In this document: piece after piece, positions 54,768 through 64,000 of the stretch
How the letters are laid out: each line of letters starts with the position of its first letter
Numbering within the stretch: position 1 is the first letter of the stretch
Source of the DNA: Nitrosopumilus sp.
GTDB taxonomy: Archaea > Thermoproteota > Nitrososphaeria > Nitrososphaerales > Nitrosopumilaceae
Assembly: GCA_965197525.1 (NCBI GenBank)
Contig: OZ240211.1
Span: forward strand, 1,440,001 to 1,504,000
Reading direction: 5' to 3'
DNA length: 64,000 nt
Notes under the pieces: model-generated
Database searches by the model: none
The model's input: only the letters and a program-made list of their open reading frames with translations
Told to the model about the DNA's origin: nothing
Translations under genes and position numbers: made by a program

Positions 54768-55882
54768 TAACTTCTCTCAGGTATTTTAGAGGTCGAATTA
54801 CCAAAACTGTATGTGTTTCCAGTTCCCCGATAATCGTTAGGCCTTACCGGATCTCCTCCATCAAGCCCTCGCTTTGTTAGTGATAATCCAGCTAAAAGCT
54901 CTATAACCAGTCTTTGTCCCAGTCCAGATGTAATGCCTCCATTGTAAGAACTGTTATCGCTTACGTCGTATGCAGGTGAGATCTCTACTAGATCCATTGC
55001 AAATCTGTCAGGATCAAATGACTTTGATAGCAGTCGTATCATTCTAATCCCTTCCCTTGATGTAAGGCCGTTTGGCTCAGGCTCGCCGGTACCTGGTGCA
55101 TAAGCAGGATCAAAAGAGTCGATATCCCAACTAAGGTACACTGCATCAGTCCCGTCATTTGCCCTGTCTGCTATCTCTTTGGCAATGTAATCAATTCCCA
55201 GTTCTTCAACATCAAGCATTGTAAACCATTGAAAGTCTTGATCCGCCATCCATTTGTACAGATCACGGCCAGGCCAGTATCCTCTTGGACCCACTAGAGA
55301 GTAGTTTCTTCCCTTCAGACAGCCCATTTCCATTATTCTTCTGATATGTGCACCATGGTCGTATTTGAAACCTGTCAGGCCTTGGGGGGCACAATCTGCG
55401 TGGGTATCAAAGTGAATCATACCAATGTTCTTGTATTTTTTTGCAAAAGCCCGAACATTTGCATAAGTAATAGAATGATCCCCTCCAAGCATTACAGGAA
55501 TGCCATCTGCCTCTAACACCTCTTTGACCTTCAGGGTCATTCTTTTGTGCGACTCTATAACATCGCCTGGCGAGACTATGACATCACCATAGTCAACTGT
55601 TCTGAAAGTGCCAAACGGATCTGCACCCGTCTCGATATTGAACCTCTCAAATGGTGGGGAGGGCACAGTTGATGCCGCCCTTATTGCCCTTGGACCGTAT
55701 CGCGCACCAGGACGAATGGTTGTGCCAAAATCAAATGGTTCTCCGATAATTGCAACATCAGGTTTTGCCTGTAGTAACTCTTTGTGGTTTTTTATCAATG
55801 GAAGATGCAAAAATGTATTAATTCCTACAAATGGTGCAACATCTGCACCCTGAAAATCCTCACCGTAAAATTCTGCACCCAT
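54767..55882 (-). CDS. Ureohydrolase (agmatinase/guanidino-hydrolase family)
   Basis: GTTIRPGARYGP, GGDHS, FDTHAD and WDIDSFDPAYAPGTG with a full binuclear-metal ligand set; GPRGYWP subfamily motif. Confidence 0.92.
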   Translation of the reverse strand: MGAEFYGEDFQGADVAPFVGINTFLHLPLIKNHKELLQAKPDVAIIGEPFDFGTTIRPGARYGPRAIRAASTVPSPPFERFNIETGADPFGTFRTVDYGDVIVSPGDVIESHKRMTLKVKEVLEADGIPVMLGGDHSITYANVRAFAKKYKNIGMIHFDTHADCAPQGLTGFKYDHGAHIRRIMEMGCLKGRNYSLVGPRGYWPGRDLYKWMADQDFQWFTMLDVEELGIDYIAKEIADRANDGTDAVYLSWDIDSFDPAYAPGTGEPEPNGLTSREGIRMIRLLSKSFDPDRFAMDLVEISPAYDVSDNSSYNGGITSGLGQRLVIELLAGLSLTKRGLDGGDPVRPNDYRGTGNTYSFGNSTSKIPERS

Positions 55883-55942
55883 TTTAACAGAGATTGTAAG
55901 CTCTTTTGATTATTAAGTATTGCATGTAAAATACGCATTTTT

Positions 55943-56560
55943 GTAATTGCATAGTTTTTTGAAGTGATTTTTAACCTTAAATAATATTTTGATCTTAGGT
56001 TATCTGAAACCACGATTACAGTGTTTAATTATGTCCAACGACTCAACCGAAGATCATTGGAAGCATAGATATGAAAAATTAGAGCGTCAGATAAAGGAAG
56101 AGATGGCCAAGAAGACAAAAAGATAGATAAATTGTAGGAAATGGTAAACAAGTTGGAAGGACTGCTTACCAATGCAGTTAACCAGATAAAGACAATTACA
56201 CTTTAGATGAATAGTGCAAAAGAGGCTTCATTCTTGCCCTCATCAACAGGCTCAAAGGAGAGAAATACAAGCATTGCAACAGGATGCTCAAGAGGATCAG
56301 AAGAGAGAAAGGCCACCTGTTTACGTTACTTGAGGTTGAAAGAATGAGTGACATGACAACTCTGTAGAGAGGGAGAGGGGGCATCAGACAGTGCGTCATA
56401 CTGCGCAATAACAGCTATGGGAGCAGGTCCGAAGAATGGGCATCGGCCATAGTAGTGTTGATGAGTGTAAAACAAACCTGCAAGGCAAAGAACAATAATT
56501 TGTTCGATGATGTAATGCGCATGAATTTGTTCAAAACGTGTCAAAAAACTACCTAGTTGC
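55943..56560 (+). mobile_element. Mini-IS66 (618 bp): left end fused to transposase C-terminal remnant and right end
   Basis: 55943-56227 repeats the left end. 56230-56540 reads NRMLKRIRREKGHLFTLLEV..GIRQCVILRNNSYGSRSEEWASAIVVLMSVKQTCK, homologous to the 3344-3730 remnant. Confidence 0.85.
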
Positions 56561-56628
56561 CTATCTAGTTATTTCCCTACACTAATATCACTTTCCTGAA
56601 AGCTTAACTATTCTGATCTCATAATTTA

Positions 56629-57516
56629 TTGTTGTTGCACAAAATTGGCATCGATTTAGGTGGTACAAAGACTGAGGCAATCTTGCTTGATGAAGATTTC
56701 CGCGTCATAAAGAGAAAACGCGTTCCCACACCTCAAAACGACTATCAAAAGATTCTTGACTCTATCTCATCGTTAATCTCTGATGTATCAAATGACATTG
56801 ATGAATTCTCATTAGGCATCTGCACCCCTGGTGCAATATCTAAACGCACTGGACTAGTTAAAAATAGTAACACAAGATGTCTTATTGGTAGACCGCTCAA
56901 AGAGGATCTAGAAGAAACACTTGAACGCAAAATATCCATGGAGAATGATGCTAATTGCTTTACGATGGCAGAATCTATACTAGGTGCAGGAACCGGCTTT
57001 GATCTCGTCTTTGGAATCATTCTTGGAACCGGTGTCGGGGGCGGTATCGTAATTGACAAAAAACTTTATTCTGGCAGAACTAACATTGCAGGTGAATGGG
57101 GTCATCATACATTGCACCGTAACGGTAATCCTTGCTACTGTGGAAATACCGGATGTGTGGAAACATATCTTAGTGGTCCCTCTCTTGCACGCAGGTGGAC
57201 TGAATTAACTGGAAGGACTCAAACCATGCCTGAAATCATCTCTTACGTCAATAATAACACTGATAATGCGATTAACAAACAATGGAGAGATGAATTTCTT
57301 ACAAACTTTGGGTATGGTGTTGCAAACGTAATTGATATACTAGATCCTGACATAGTTATTCTGGGTGGCGGTCTCTCAAACATTGATTTTTTATACACAG
57401 ACGGTGTGAAATCAGTTTACAACAAGGTATTCTCAGATTCAATTAATACACCTATACTTCCAAATAAACTAGGTGATTCTGCAGGAGTTTTTGGTGCTTG
57501 CATGCTTGAAGGTTGA
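56629..57516 (+). CDS. ROK family sugar kinase
   Basis: GIDLGGTK, ENDANC, ILGTGVGGG, AGEWGH..CYCG..GCVE and LGGGLSN motifs. Confidence 0.92.
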   Translation: MLLHKIGIDLGGTKTEAILLDEDFRVIKRKRVPTPQNDYQKILDSISSLISDVSNDIDEFSLGICTPGAISKRTGLVKNSNTRCLIGRPLKEDLEETLERKISMENDANCFTMAESILGAGTGFDLVFGIILGTGVGGGIVIDKKLYSGRTNIAGEWGHHTLHRNGNPCYCGNTGCVETYLSGPSLARRWTELTGRTQTMPEIISYVNNNTDNAINKQWRDEFLTNFGYGVANVIDILDPDIVILGGGLSNIDFLYTDGVKSVYNKVFSDSINTPILPNKLGDSAGVFGACMLEG

Positions 57517-57560
57517 AGAAGATAACTATTGATAATCCTACAATTATGCATAGTCGTTAG

Positions 57561-58016
57561 ATGGATTCAGTTTTTTCTTATGTTCTTTGCAACCTGCCGC
57601 CCAAGTCTTTATTAATACCTAAACTTTTGTCTAGTCAAACATTGAAATACTCTGTAACCGTTCTAATCTTTCTTGGATTTTTCGGCTTTGTTCTCATGAT
57701 TCCACAAGCTGTTGCATCTGAACCCTCACTAACTCTCGAGAACTCAGGTGACGCTTCTCCTGATTCTTGCACGCGTTGGCAGCAGTGGGATTATGGTTAC
57801 TGTGTTGATAAGACAGGTTATTCTTCACATCTTGGTGCTGCACACTTTTTACAAATTATCACAGTTCCATTCATTGGATTTGCTGCAATCTTTGTTGTAT
57901 CTGCCACAACTCCTAGAATGTCAAAAAAGAAGAGAGTTGCAGTCATTGTTCCATGCGTGATTTTTATTCTGTTTAGTCTGTTTGTGATCTTCATTGGAGG
58001 TTTCTGGTTTTTCTAG
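57561..58016 (+). CDS. Hypothetical membrane protein
   Basis: Three hydrophobic segments and a Cys pair in the soluble loop; start uncertain. Confidence 0.6.
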   Translation: MDSVFSYVLCNLPPKSLLIPKLLSSQTLKYSVTVLIFLGFFGFVLMIPQAVASEPSLTLENSGDASPDSCTRWQQWDYGYCVDKTGYSSHLGAAHFLQIITVPFIGFAAIFVVSATTPRMSKKKRVAVIVPCVIFILFSLFVIFIGGFWFF

Positions 58017-58023
58017 GTGGTAA

Positions 58024-58809
58024 ATGGTGAAGTTTACTAAATCTATTGCAATTGTTGCAATACTATATGTTGGAATATATGTTGGCGTGTGGGGGTTTTT
58101 AGAGTTTGATAATGTCAATAATTCTATTGTATCGCTGACCATGTATTCAAACTATGAATTCAATCAGATCATAAATGAAATAGGATCTGAGGAGAATTTG
58201 CATATAATCGAGCTAGACGAGGATATAATTCATGAATATCCGGTTTTACTTGAACTGATAGAACGAAACCTATCTCGGGAAATCCCTGTCAATTCAGATG
58301 GAATGGTAACAGCTACGTATGAGCAGGCAAAACATGAGGTAAAATACATCGTCTCAAAGTTCGTTGATCAGTATGACGGTTCGCTCCCAAGTGATTTCTA
58401 TAGGGAACTAAAAAAAGATAACGGATGGCATTCTATCAAATTAAAGGAACCGTTCTTTTATCATGATGATATTCTATACATGTTTGAGCCTGATATTCTT
58501 GATATCGATAGAGGAGAATCTCAAATAGGTATTCAAAAGATGGGAGACGGTTATGACAATCTTCAAGACAGCCTTGCTGTAGATTTGACTGATAGAGATT
58601 TTGATAATATGCCTCGATTCAAAGAAGCATTTGAGCAAATAGGCCAACATGAGCGAAATGTCCAATCGCAAAAGAAAATGAATGAATCAGAGTTTATAGG
58701 GTACGAACGATGGGCAATTGACGTAGGTCTTGCTGATGAAAGGATTGTTTTTGACTATGGCTTTATTAAATATCAGGACAGGTACTATCACTTGTATTTG
58801 AGGGTATAA
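58024..58809 (+). CDS. Hypothetical membrane-anchored/secreted protein
   Basis: N-terminal hydrophobic helix, acidic soluble domain. Confidence 0.7.
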   Translation: MVKFTKSIAIVAILYVGIYVGVWGFLEFDNVNNSIVSLTMYSNYEFNQIINEIGSEENLHIIELDEDIIHEYPVLLELIERNLSREIPVNSDGMVTATYEQAKHEVKYIVSKFVDQYDGSLPSDFYRELKKDNGWHSIKLKEPFFYHDDILYMFEPDILDIDRGESQIGIQKMGDGYDNLQDSLAVDLTDRDFDNMPRFKEAFEQIGQHERNVQSQKKMNESEFIGYERWAIDVGLADERIVFDYGFIKYQDRYYHLYLRV

Positions 58810-59531
58810 TGGAACGCACTCTGGTTTTTATCTTGATTGTCTTGAGCATTACAGCAGCATCATCATCATCTTTTGTTCCAAACGAAGCGTTTGGTTGCTC
58901 TTTGGCCTTTGACGCATCTCCGTTTCTTCCATATACCACATATCTACATGGTGATTGTACTGAAGATATTGGGCATTTGAACTGGACAGGATTAATTATG
59001 ATAATGCTTGCAGTCTCCGCTACAGTCATTGTAATTAAAAAACTGCTAAATCTTTCAAAGAGATTCTATCTGATGATTATTCCTGCGGTGTTTATCTGCA
59101 TATTGTTATATTCTGTTATGATCTATGGAACTGCAGATCTAACAGAGTTCTTTTTGCCACGCGATTATCTTGGAAATTTGAATCACGATTACATCGCACG
59201 TCAGTTAGCACAAAATGATTTCAAAGAGATGTTGACACAACGCAATGTACAGTATCATCCTGATAACATGTTTGTGACGTTTAACCATGACAAATATTCA
59301 AGAGAACAATACCTTAATGGCGAGTTTGAATTCCCATATGACTATTGTGGTATTGTGATACCAAACGATCGCAACGAATACTGGTACTCGGCAGTATACG
59401 ATAACAAGAAAATATTAGAATCTCAAATTTATGAGGAAAATCCCAAGACATGTGACGAACACGATGAGACGTGTTTTTGTCAAGTAACTAATATCGTACA
59501 AGATCGTTTCAAGTTCAGGCCATTAGAATGA
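58809..59531 (+). CDS. Hypothetical membrane protein with Cys-containing extracellular domain
   Basis: Signal-like start, two TM segments, C-terminal YCG..CDEHDETCFC. Confidence 0.7.
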   Translation: MERTLVFILIVLSITAASSSSFVPNEAFGCSLAFDASPFLPYTTYLHGDCTEDIGHLNWTGLIMIMLAVSATVIVIKKLLNLSKRFYLMIIPAVFICILLYSVMIYGTADLTEFFLPRDYLGNLNHDYIARQLAQNDFKEMLTQRNVQYHPDNMFVTFNHDKYSREQYLNGEFEFPYDYCGIVIPNDRNEYWYSAVYDNKKILESQIYEENPKTCDEHDETCFCQVTNIVQDRFKFRPLE

Positions 59532-59992
59532 AGAATAGATCAAAAATAATCATAATTGTACTTTCTTTTATTGGTACAATAGTCCTGTTTGGGATTTCAA
59601 ATAGTTTTACTAGCAGTATGATTCATGATGTTGATAGGTCCAATTCTATCCAAAATTATGATGCGATAGAAGCCACCTGTAATTATTATGCTGATGATGC
59701 TGACCAACAACCAGACGGAGAATGCTTCATTAATGCATTTGATGAATGTAAATCCGCAAGTATCAAACAAATGAGTTTTACTTTTGAAGGTGATCCGATA
59801 TTTTACCATGCTCAAGTCGTAATGTCTGAACCTTGTACCATTAGTTTTACTGTTGATACTTCACAAGACCAATGGGGTGGGTCAAACAAAGGGATTGATC
59901 AAAAAATATGCACTGACATCATCCTCACTAATCATGACATCATTTTGTTGTGTAATGATGATGGTATGGAAAATATCTTTCCACTAGGTTAG
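59528..59992 (+). CDS. Hypothetical secreted protein
   Basis: Signal/anchor helix; C..AFDECK..T.EGDPI..Y pattern with six Cys. Confidence 0.7.
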   Translation: MKNRSKIIIIVLSFIGTIVLFGISNSFTSSMIHDVDRSNSIQNYDAIEATCNYYADDADQQPDGECFINAFDECKSASIKQMSFTFEGDPIFYHAQVVMSEPCTISFTVDTSQDQWGGSNKGIDQKICTDIILTNHDIILLCNDDGMENIFPLG

Positions 59993-60154
59993 AAATTTCC
60001 TAAACCTGCTATCAGTAGCTATTGGCAGTGTATGATATCATGTGTGTGAACACACACAAAAAAAAACATACATCAACACCGTCTTCTCACACGCCATCAA
60101 TCTAATTCCTCAGATCTTCTCTCACATCAGTCTCATTAGATGCAAAAACTTTCT

Positions 60155-61678
60155 CTACTGCGGTTCAATTGTAGCAGGCGGCTTACTTGAGATGGCGTAT
60201 GTAACCCATGTAACATCCTCAATCTCGTTTGTTATCCTATTGCTAATTTTTTCTAATAAATCGTGTGGCAGCCTAGTCCAGTCTGCCGTCATTGCATCAA
60301 TAGAGTCAACGACTCTTACCATTACTATATTTCCATATCTGCGCTCATCGCCTACTACTCCCACTGCTCTATCATCACCCACTGCAGCATACGCCTGCCA
60401 TACTCTTTTGTATAATCCTGCTTGCATCAGCTCATCTTCGACAATCCTGCTTGCCACCTTTGAGATCTCTAACTTTTTTGGAGTGATGTCTCCTATCACT
60501 CTTACAGCTAGACCGGGACCCGGAAACGGATGCCTCATAACAAGTTTATCTGGAACCTTGAGAATTTTTGCGATCTCTCTTACCTCATCTTTGTATAGCT
60601 CCTTTAGAGGTTCCAAAACCTTCAAGTCAAGCCAGTCAGGCAGCCCTCCAACATTATGATGCGACTTTATCACAGCAGCAGGTCCCTTCGATACACCGCT
60701 TTCGATAATATCAGGATATAACGTACCTTGAGCCAACCATTTGAAAGAACCGTTATCCTTGGCAAATTTAGTAAACACGTGAACAAACTCCTCCCCCACT
60801 ATTCTTCTCTTCTCTTCAGGATCTGCCACTCCTTTGAGTTTTTCAAGAAACACGTCTGCTGCATCAATTGCTGAGAAATTCATCTTAAAGTTGTCTTTGA
60901 ACATCTCTTGAATTTCTACTTCTTCATTTAATCGTAATAGACCGTTATTTACAAACACACACTTTAACCTATTCCCAATTGCTTTGTGAACAAGCAATGC
61001 AGCTACAGTCGAATCAATTCCTCCGCTCACTCCGCATAAGACGTCTCCTTTTATCTCTGAGATCTTTGCCACGGCGGCATCTATAAAACTCTCCATTGTC
61101 CAATCTTGTTTTGCTTTACACACTTTTAAAACGAAATTCTTGAGAATCTCTGTCCCATGTTCTGTGTGTACCACTTCGGGATGAAATTGAATACCGTAAA
61201 TTGATCTATCTTTTAATGTAATGGCTGCTGCTTTTGCGCTGTTTGTATGCCCTATAATCTCAAATCCTGAAGGGATCTGTTCTGCCTCATCTCCATGACT
61301 CATCCACGTTCTAGTTGATTTCCCAATTCCGTTTAACAGATCACAGTCGTCGTCAATGACTAGTACTGACGAACCGTACTCTTTATTTGCCTTTTTTATT
61401 CTGCCTCCATATCTGTCTACAATTAGTTGATGGCCATAACAAATTCCCAGTAATGGTAAACTCGTCTCAAAAATTCTGCTATCAGGCATTGGCGCATCTG
61501 AACTGTACACACTTGATGGACCGCCAGAGAAGATTATCCCTTTTGGTTTGAGTTTTTCTAATTCCTCTAAACTAATATCAAATGGCACTAGTTCTGCATA
61601 AACAGAAAATTCTCTAATCCTTCTACATATTAGGTGACTGTACTGTGATCCAAAATCTAAAACTATAATCTTATCCAT
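60155..61678 (-). CDS. guaA: GMP synthase (glutamine-hydrolysing)
   Basis: LDFGSQY, GICYG, QFHPEV, SGGIDS, QGTLYPD, KSHHNVGG and KPPATIE motifs. Confidence 0.97.
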   Translation of the reverse strand: MDKIIVLDFGSQYSHLICRRIREFSVYAELVPFDISLEELEKLKPKGIIFSGGPSSVYSSDAPMPDSRIFETSLPLLGICYGHQLIVDRYGGRIKKANKEYGSSVLVIDDDCDLLNGIGKSTRTWMSHGDEAEQIPSGFEIIGHTNSAKAAAITLKDRSIYGIQFHPEVVHTEHGTEILKNFVLKVCKAKQDWTMESFIDAAVAKISEIKGDVLCGVSGGIDSTVAALLVHKAIGNRLKCVFVNNGLLRLNEEVEIQEMFKDNFKMNFSAIDAADVFLEKLKGVADPEEKRRIVGEEFVHVFTKFAKDNGSFKWLAQGTLYPDIIESGVSKGPAAVIKSHHNVGGLPDWLDLKVLEPLKELYKDEVREIAKILKVPDKLVMRHPFPGPGLAVRVIGDITPKKLEISKVASRIVEDELMQAGLYKRVWQAYAAVGDDRAVGVVGDERRYGNIVMVRVVDSIDAMTADWTRLPHDLLEKISNRITNEIEDVTWVTYAISSKPPATIEPQ

Positions 61679-61698
61679 GATATACTCTCTCTCACTTG

Positions 61699-62277
61699 CT
61701 ATCTGCTGACATTATCAAGCATCCTTGTCAGGGACCATTCTATCGTTTTTGTTATTTCAGATACCCTGTCTTTTAGTCTATAATTCTTAATTATAATCTC
61801 CTTGATATTTGCCTTGTCATCTTTTTTTATTATACAGTCAATCATCGACTCTTTTTGGATCTTTTGATTCTCTACATCTATGCTATCTTTTTTCCTCATA
61901 TCCCCAATTATTCTATCTAAAAAGAATGTTTTAAGAGGAGGCGTGTTTGCGTTAATGAGAATCTCATCGTCTAAAACTATGACTACTTGTTCTGCTGTAA
62001 CATACTCTCTGGCGATTATCTTTCCATCACTTGCTCTCTTTATTATGGTTGCATTATCTGCTGCAGGTTGTTCCCTGACGGCCTCTGGTTCTTTTGGTAT
62101 CTCTCTTCTTGTTCCTAGTTCTGACGCTTTTGTAAAACTTGAACCTTTTAAGAACAGATCCAAAACTGTGATATTCTGTTCTAACATCTTGATTCCTTCC
62201 TGATGCTTTTCTATCTGTTCAAACAAACTCTCCTTTAAAACCAAGACGTCTTTAATCTGTCCCTCTGATAATCTCAT
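61699..62277 (-). CDS. Conserved hypothetical protein
   Basis: 192-aa ORF with N-terminal coiled coil, co-oriented with guaA. Confidence 0.7.
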   Translation of the reverse strand: MRLSEGQIKDVLVLKESLFEQIEKHQEGIKMLEQNITVLDLFLKGSSFTKASELGTRREIPKEPEAVREQPAADNATIIKRASDGKIIAREYVTAEQVVIVLDDEILINANTPPLKTFFLDRIIGDMRKKDSIDVENQKIQKESMIDCIIKKDDKANIKEIIIKNYRLKDRVSEITKTIEWSLTRMLDNVSR

Positions 62278-62312
62278 GATATTATCAATCCTAGATGGGT
62301 ATTAAATGCATT

Positions 62313-63050
62313 CTAGGTGATCATGGTATCTGTATCTCTGTATGATATTTTTCTGAATCCGTCAATCGGCTTTGACGTGGTGTATAGTTCGGATTTTGTA
62401 TTTAGCGCTAACCATTCTAGCAGCTGCTTGCCTTTTTTCAATTTCATCAGCTTTGTCCTTCTATCTGCTCTATTTGTGTCTGAGAGCCTACCAATACGTT
62501 CCCCAAAGTCCATTCCAAACAGGATAATCCTCTCTGCCTGATAATGACTTGCAAGAAATACTCCTCTATCACCGTCTGTAAACCCTCCAAAGTTCTGAAT
62601 CTTACCAAATGGCGTTGATTGGGTTGTTCCGATACAATTTTTGAAATTTCTGGCAAGTTCCAACTTTTCCATATTGTCTCCGTGTGCATGCACGACAAAT
62701 ACTGTTTTGGTCTTTGATATCTTTTTAAATGTGCCCTCATCCCCATCCAAATCTGTTATGACAATATCTGGAATTACTCCATTAGTAACAAGTGTTTTTA
62801 CTGAACTATCTGCTGCAATCTTTACTGTTCTTTGATATTTTTTTAATTCTGTAATGGCAGTTGACAAGGACGGTCCTGAGCCAATCACTAGAACCGCCTT
62901 TCCTCGAATTAAATTATTTAATTGTGTATCGGCATTAGATTCTTTTATGATTGAATCCAACAGAACAGCTGATTCTCTGTCTTTTTTTTCACTATACTTG
63001 AACTCTTTTAAAATATCTGTATATCTACTCTTCCAACCTCTTACCGTCAT
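62313..63050 (-). CDS. mptE: 6-hydroxymethyl-7,8-dihydropterin pyrophosphokinase (MptE/DUF115)
   Basis: GSGPSL, AADS, TDLDG, VHAHGDN, GGFTDGDR and GMDFG motifs; divergent from folP. Confidence 0.85.
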   Translation of the reverse strand: MTVRGWKSRYTDILKEFKYSEKKDRESAVLLDSIIKESNADTQLNNLIRGKAVLVIGSGPSLSTAITELKKYQRTVKIAADSSVKTLVTNGVIPDIVITDLDGDEGTFKKISKTKTVFVVHAHGDNMEKLELARNFKNCIGTTQSTPFGKIQNFGGFTDGDRGVFLASHYQAERIILFGMDFGERIGRLSDTNRADRRTKLMKLKKGKQLLEWLALNTKSELYTTSKPIDGFRKISYRDTDTMIT

Positions 63051-63071
63051 ACATTCAAATTATATCAGCCT

Positions 63072-63950
63072 TTGATAAACAGTGTGGTAAAGAAGTTAGG
63101 CAATGTAAGTGTAGGAGGTACGAATCCTGTACGGATTATGGGAATTCTGAATACCAGTCCCGAATCATTTTACAAAAAATCAATAGGCACTACCAAAACC
63201 CGTATGAAAAATATTGCTAAACAGATTGAGGATCAAGGGGCCGATTTTATTGATATTGGAGGAATGTCTACTGCACCTTATCTGTCAACTATGGTATCAG
63301 AAGGCATTGAATCTAAACGAATTCTTGATGCAGTCAAAATAGTTCAAAATTTTACCAATCTTCCAATATCTGTTGATACATGTAGATCCAAAGTCGCACA
63401 CGACGTTTTGGAACAGGGTGTTGAGATTATCAATGATATCTCTGGTCTAAAATACGACAGCAGTATGCCCAAAGTTGTTTCAGGGTTTAATCCGTCTCTG
63501 ATCTTATGTGCGTATAGCTCAAAACTTGTAGTCGGCAGTCCCGTAGCATCTGTAAAAAGACTATTCAAAGAGAGCCTGCAGATCGCAAAAAAATCCGATA
63601 TCTCTTTGGACAGTATTGTATTGGATCCTGCCATTGGGTTCTTTAGAAAGACCGGCCGCGGTCCATTTTTTACAAAGATTGCCTCTGACTGGGTAAGGCG
63701 TGATCTCTCTATAATCAAAAACTTGGATTCTATCAAGGGATCTAACCCCATACTGGTATCTGCTTCAAACAAATCATTCTTGGGCAAAATCCTCAAACGA
63801 GAAGACAATCCTATTGAGCGTGTATTTGGTTCTGTTGCAGCAGAGGCAATCTCTGTTATTTACGGTGCTGATATTATACGCACCCACAACGTGCAAGCTA
63901 CAAAAGACGCTGCAACTGTGGCATCGTCTCTTTTTGGTAAGATCAAGTAA
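63072..63950 (+). CDS. folP: Dihydropteroate synthase
   Basis: MGILNTSPESFY, DIGGMSTAP, SVDT, INDISG, DPAIGF, SNKSF and IRTHNV motifs. Confidence 0.93.
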   Translation: MINSVVKKLGNVSVGGTNPVRIMGILNTSPESFYKKSIGTTKTRMKNIAKQIEDQGADFIDIGGMSTAPYLSTMVSEGIESKRILDAVKIVQNFTNLPISVDTCRSKVAHDVLEQGVEIINDISGLKYDSSMPKVVSGFNPSLILCAYSSKLVVGSPVASVKRLFKESLQIAKKSDISLDSIVLDPAIGFFRKTGRGPFFTKIASDWVRRDLSIIKNLDSIKGSNPILVSASNKSFLGKILKREDNPIERVFGSVAAEAISVIYGADIIRTHNVQATKDAATVASSLFGKIK

Positions 63951-64000
63951 GAGGATTATTATACATACATCATCATGTAATTACCGTGATGATATCTTGG

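Larger units (their letters stand above)
45999..56560 (+). mobile_element. Non-autonomous IS66-ended cargo (composite) transposon, 10,562 bp
   Basis: Left end GTAATTGTGTAATTTTTTGAC and right end (reverse complement) GCAACTAGGTAGTTTTTTGAC match 16/21. Flanked by a perfect 8-bp direct repeat CTATCTAG at 45991-45998 and 56561-56568. Confidence 0.85.

Noticed and set aside
54767-55882. Direct call as guanidinase (GdmH-type)
   Set aside because: The residue context I recall as diagnostic (YDW-type Trp) is absent; left as an unassigned ureohydrolase.
55943-55950. GTAATTGC / CTAGTTGC as a degenerate TSD of the mini-IS alone
   Set aside because: These 8 bp recur at the 45999 and 3344 ends, so they belong to the IR. 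The true perfect TSD flanks the whole 10.56-kb unit.

Overview
Archaeal DNA whose gene content and protein sequences point to an ammonia-oxidising thaumarchaeon (Nitrosopumilaceae-like). Heavy IS decay, microsatellites and a giant adhesin suggest, but do not prove, a host-associated lineage. Core blocks: riboflavin start (gch3, amidohydrolase, arfC-like), gabD-like ALDH, tfe/trm56/hflX/phoU, PUA/NAC, ubiD-like, heme o synthase/Lrp/asd, the late cobalamin operon, S27e/L44e, ade, thermosome, and guaA/mptE/folP. Accessory zones: (1) 2.9-5.1 kb, a hemerythrin pseudogene, IS66 remnant, Fic gene and an orphan structured repeat. (2) 16.9-32.7 kb, an IS110 with a bridge-RNA-like leader, nested ISH3/IS630, IS5 and ISH3 pseudogenes, and a 9.5-kb GC-rich surface-protein gene with 24 FG-GAP repeats. 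In those repeats two hypervariable loops are combinatorially unique, and the gene carries a +1 frameshift. (3) 45,999-56,560, a 10.56-kb non-autonomous IS66-ended cargo transposon with a perfect 8-bp target-site duplication (CTATCTAG). It carries a ureohydrolase, a urease-gamma-like protein, a Ni/Co permease, a Na+:solute symporter and a His-tailed chaperonin paralog, i.e. a candidate mobile guanidino/urea nitrogen-acquisition module. No rRNA, tRNA or CRISPR array was recognised. All alignments and counts were made by eye.
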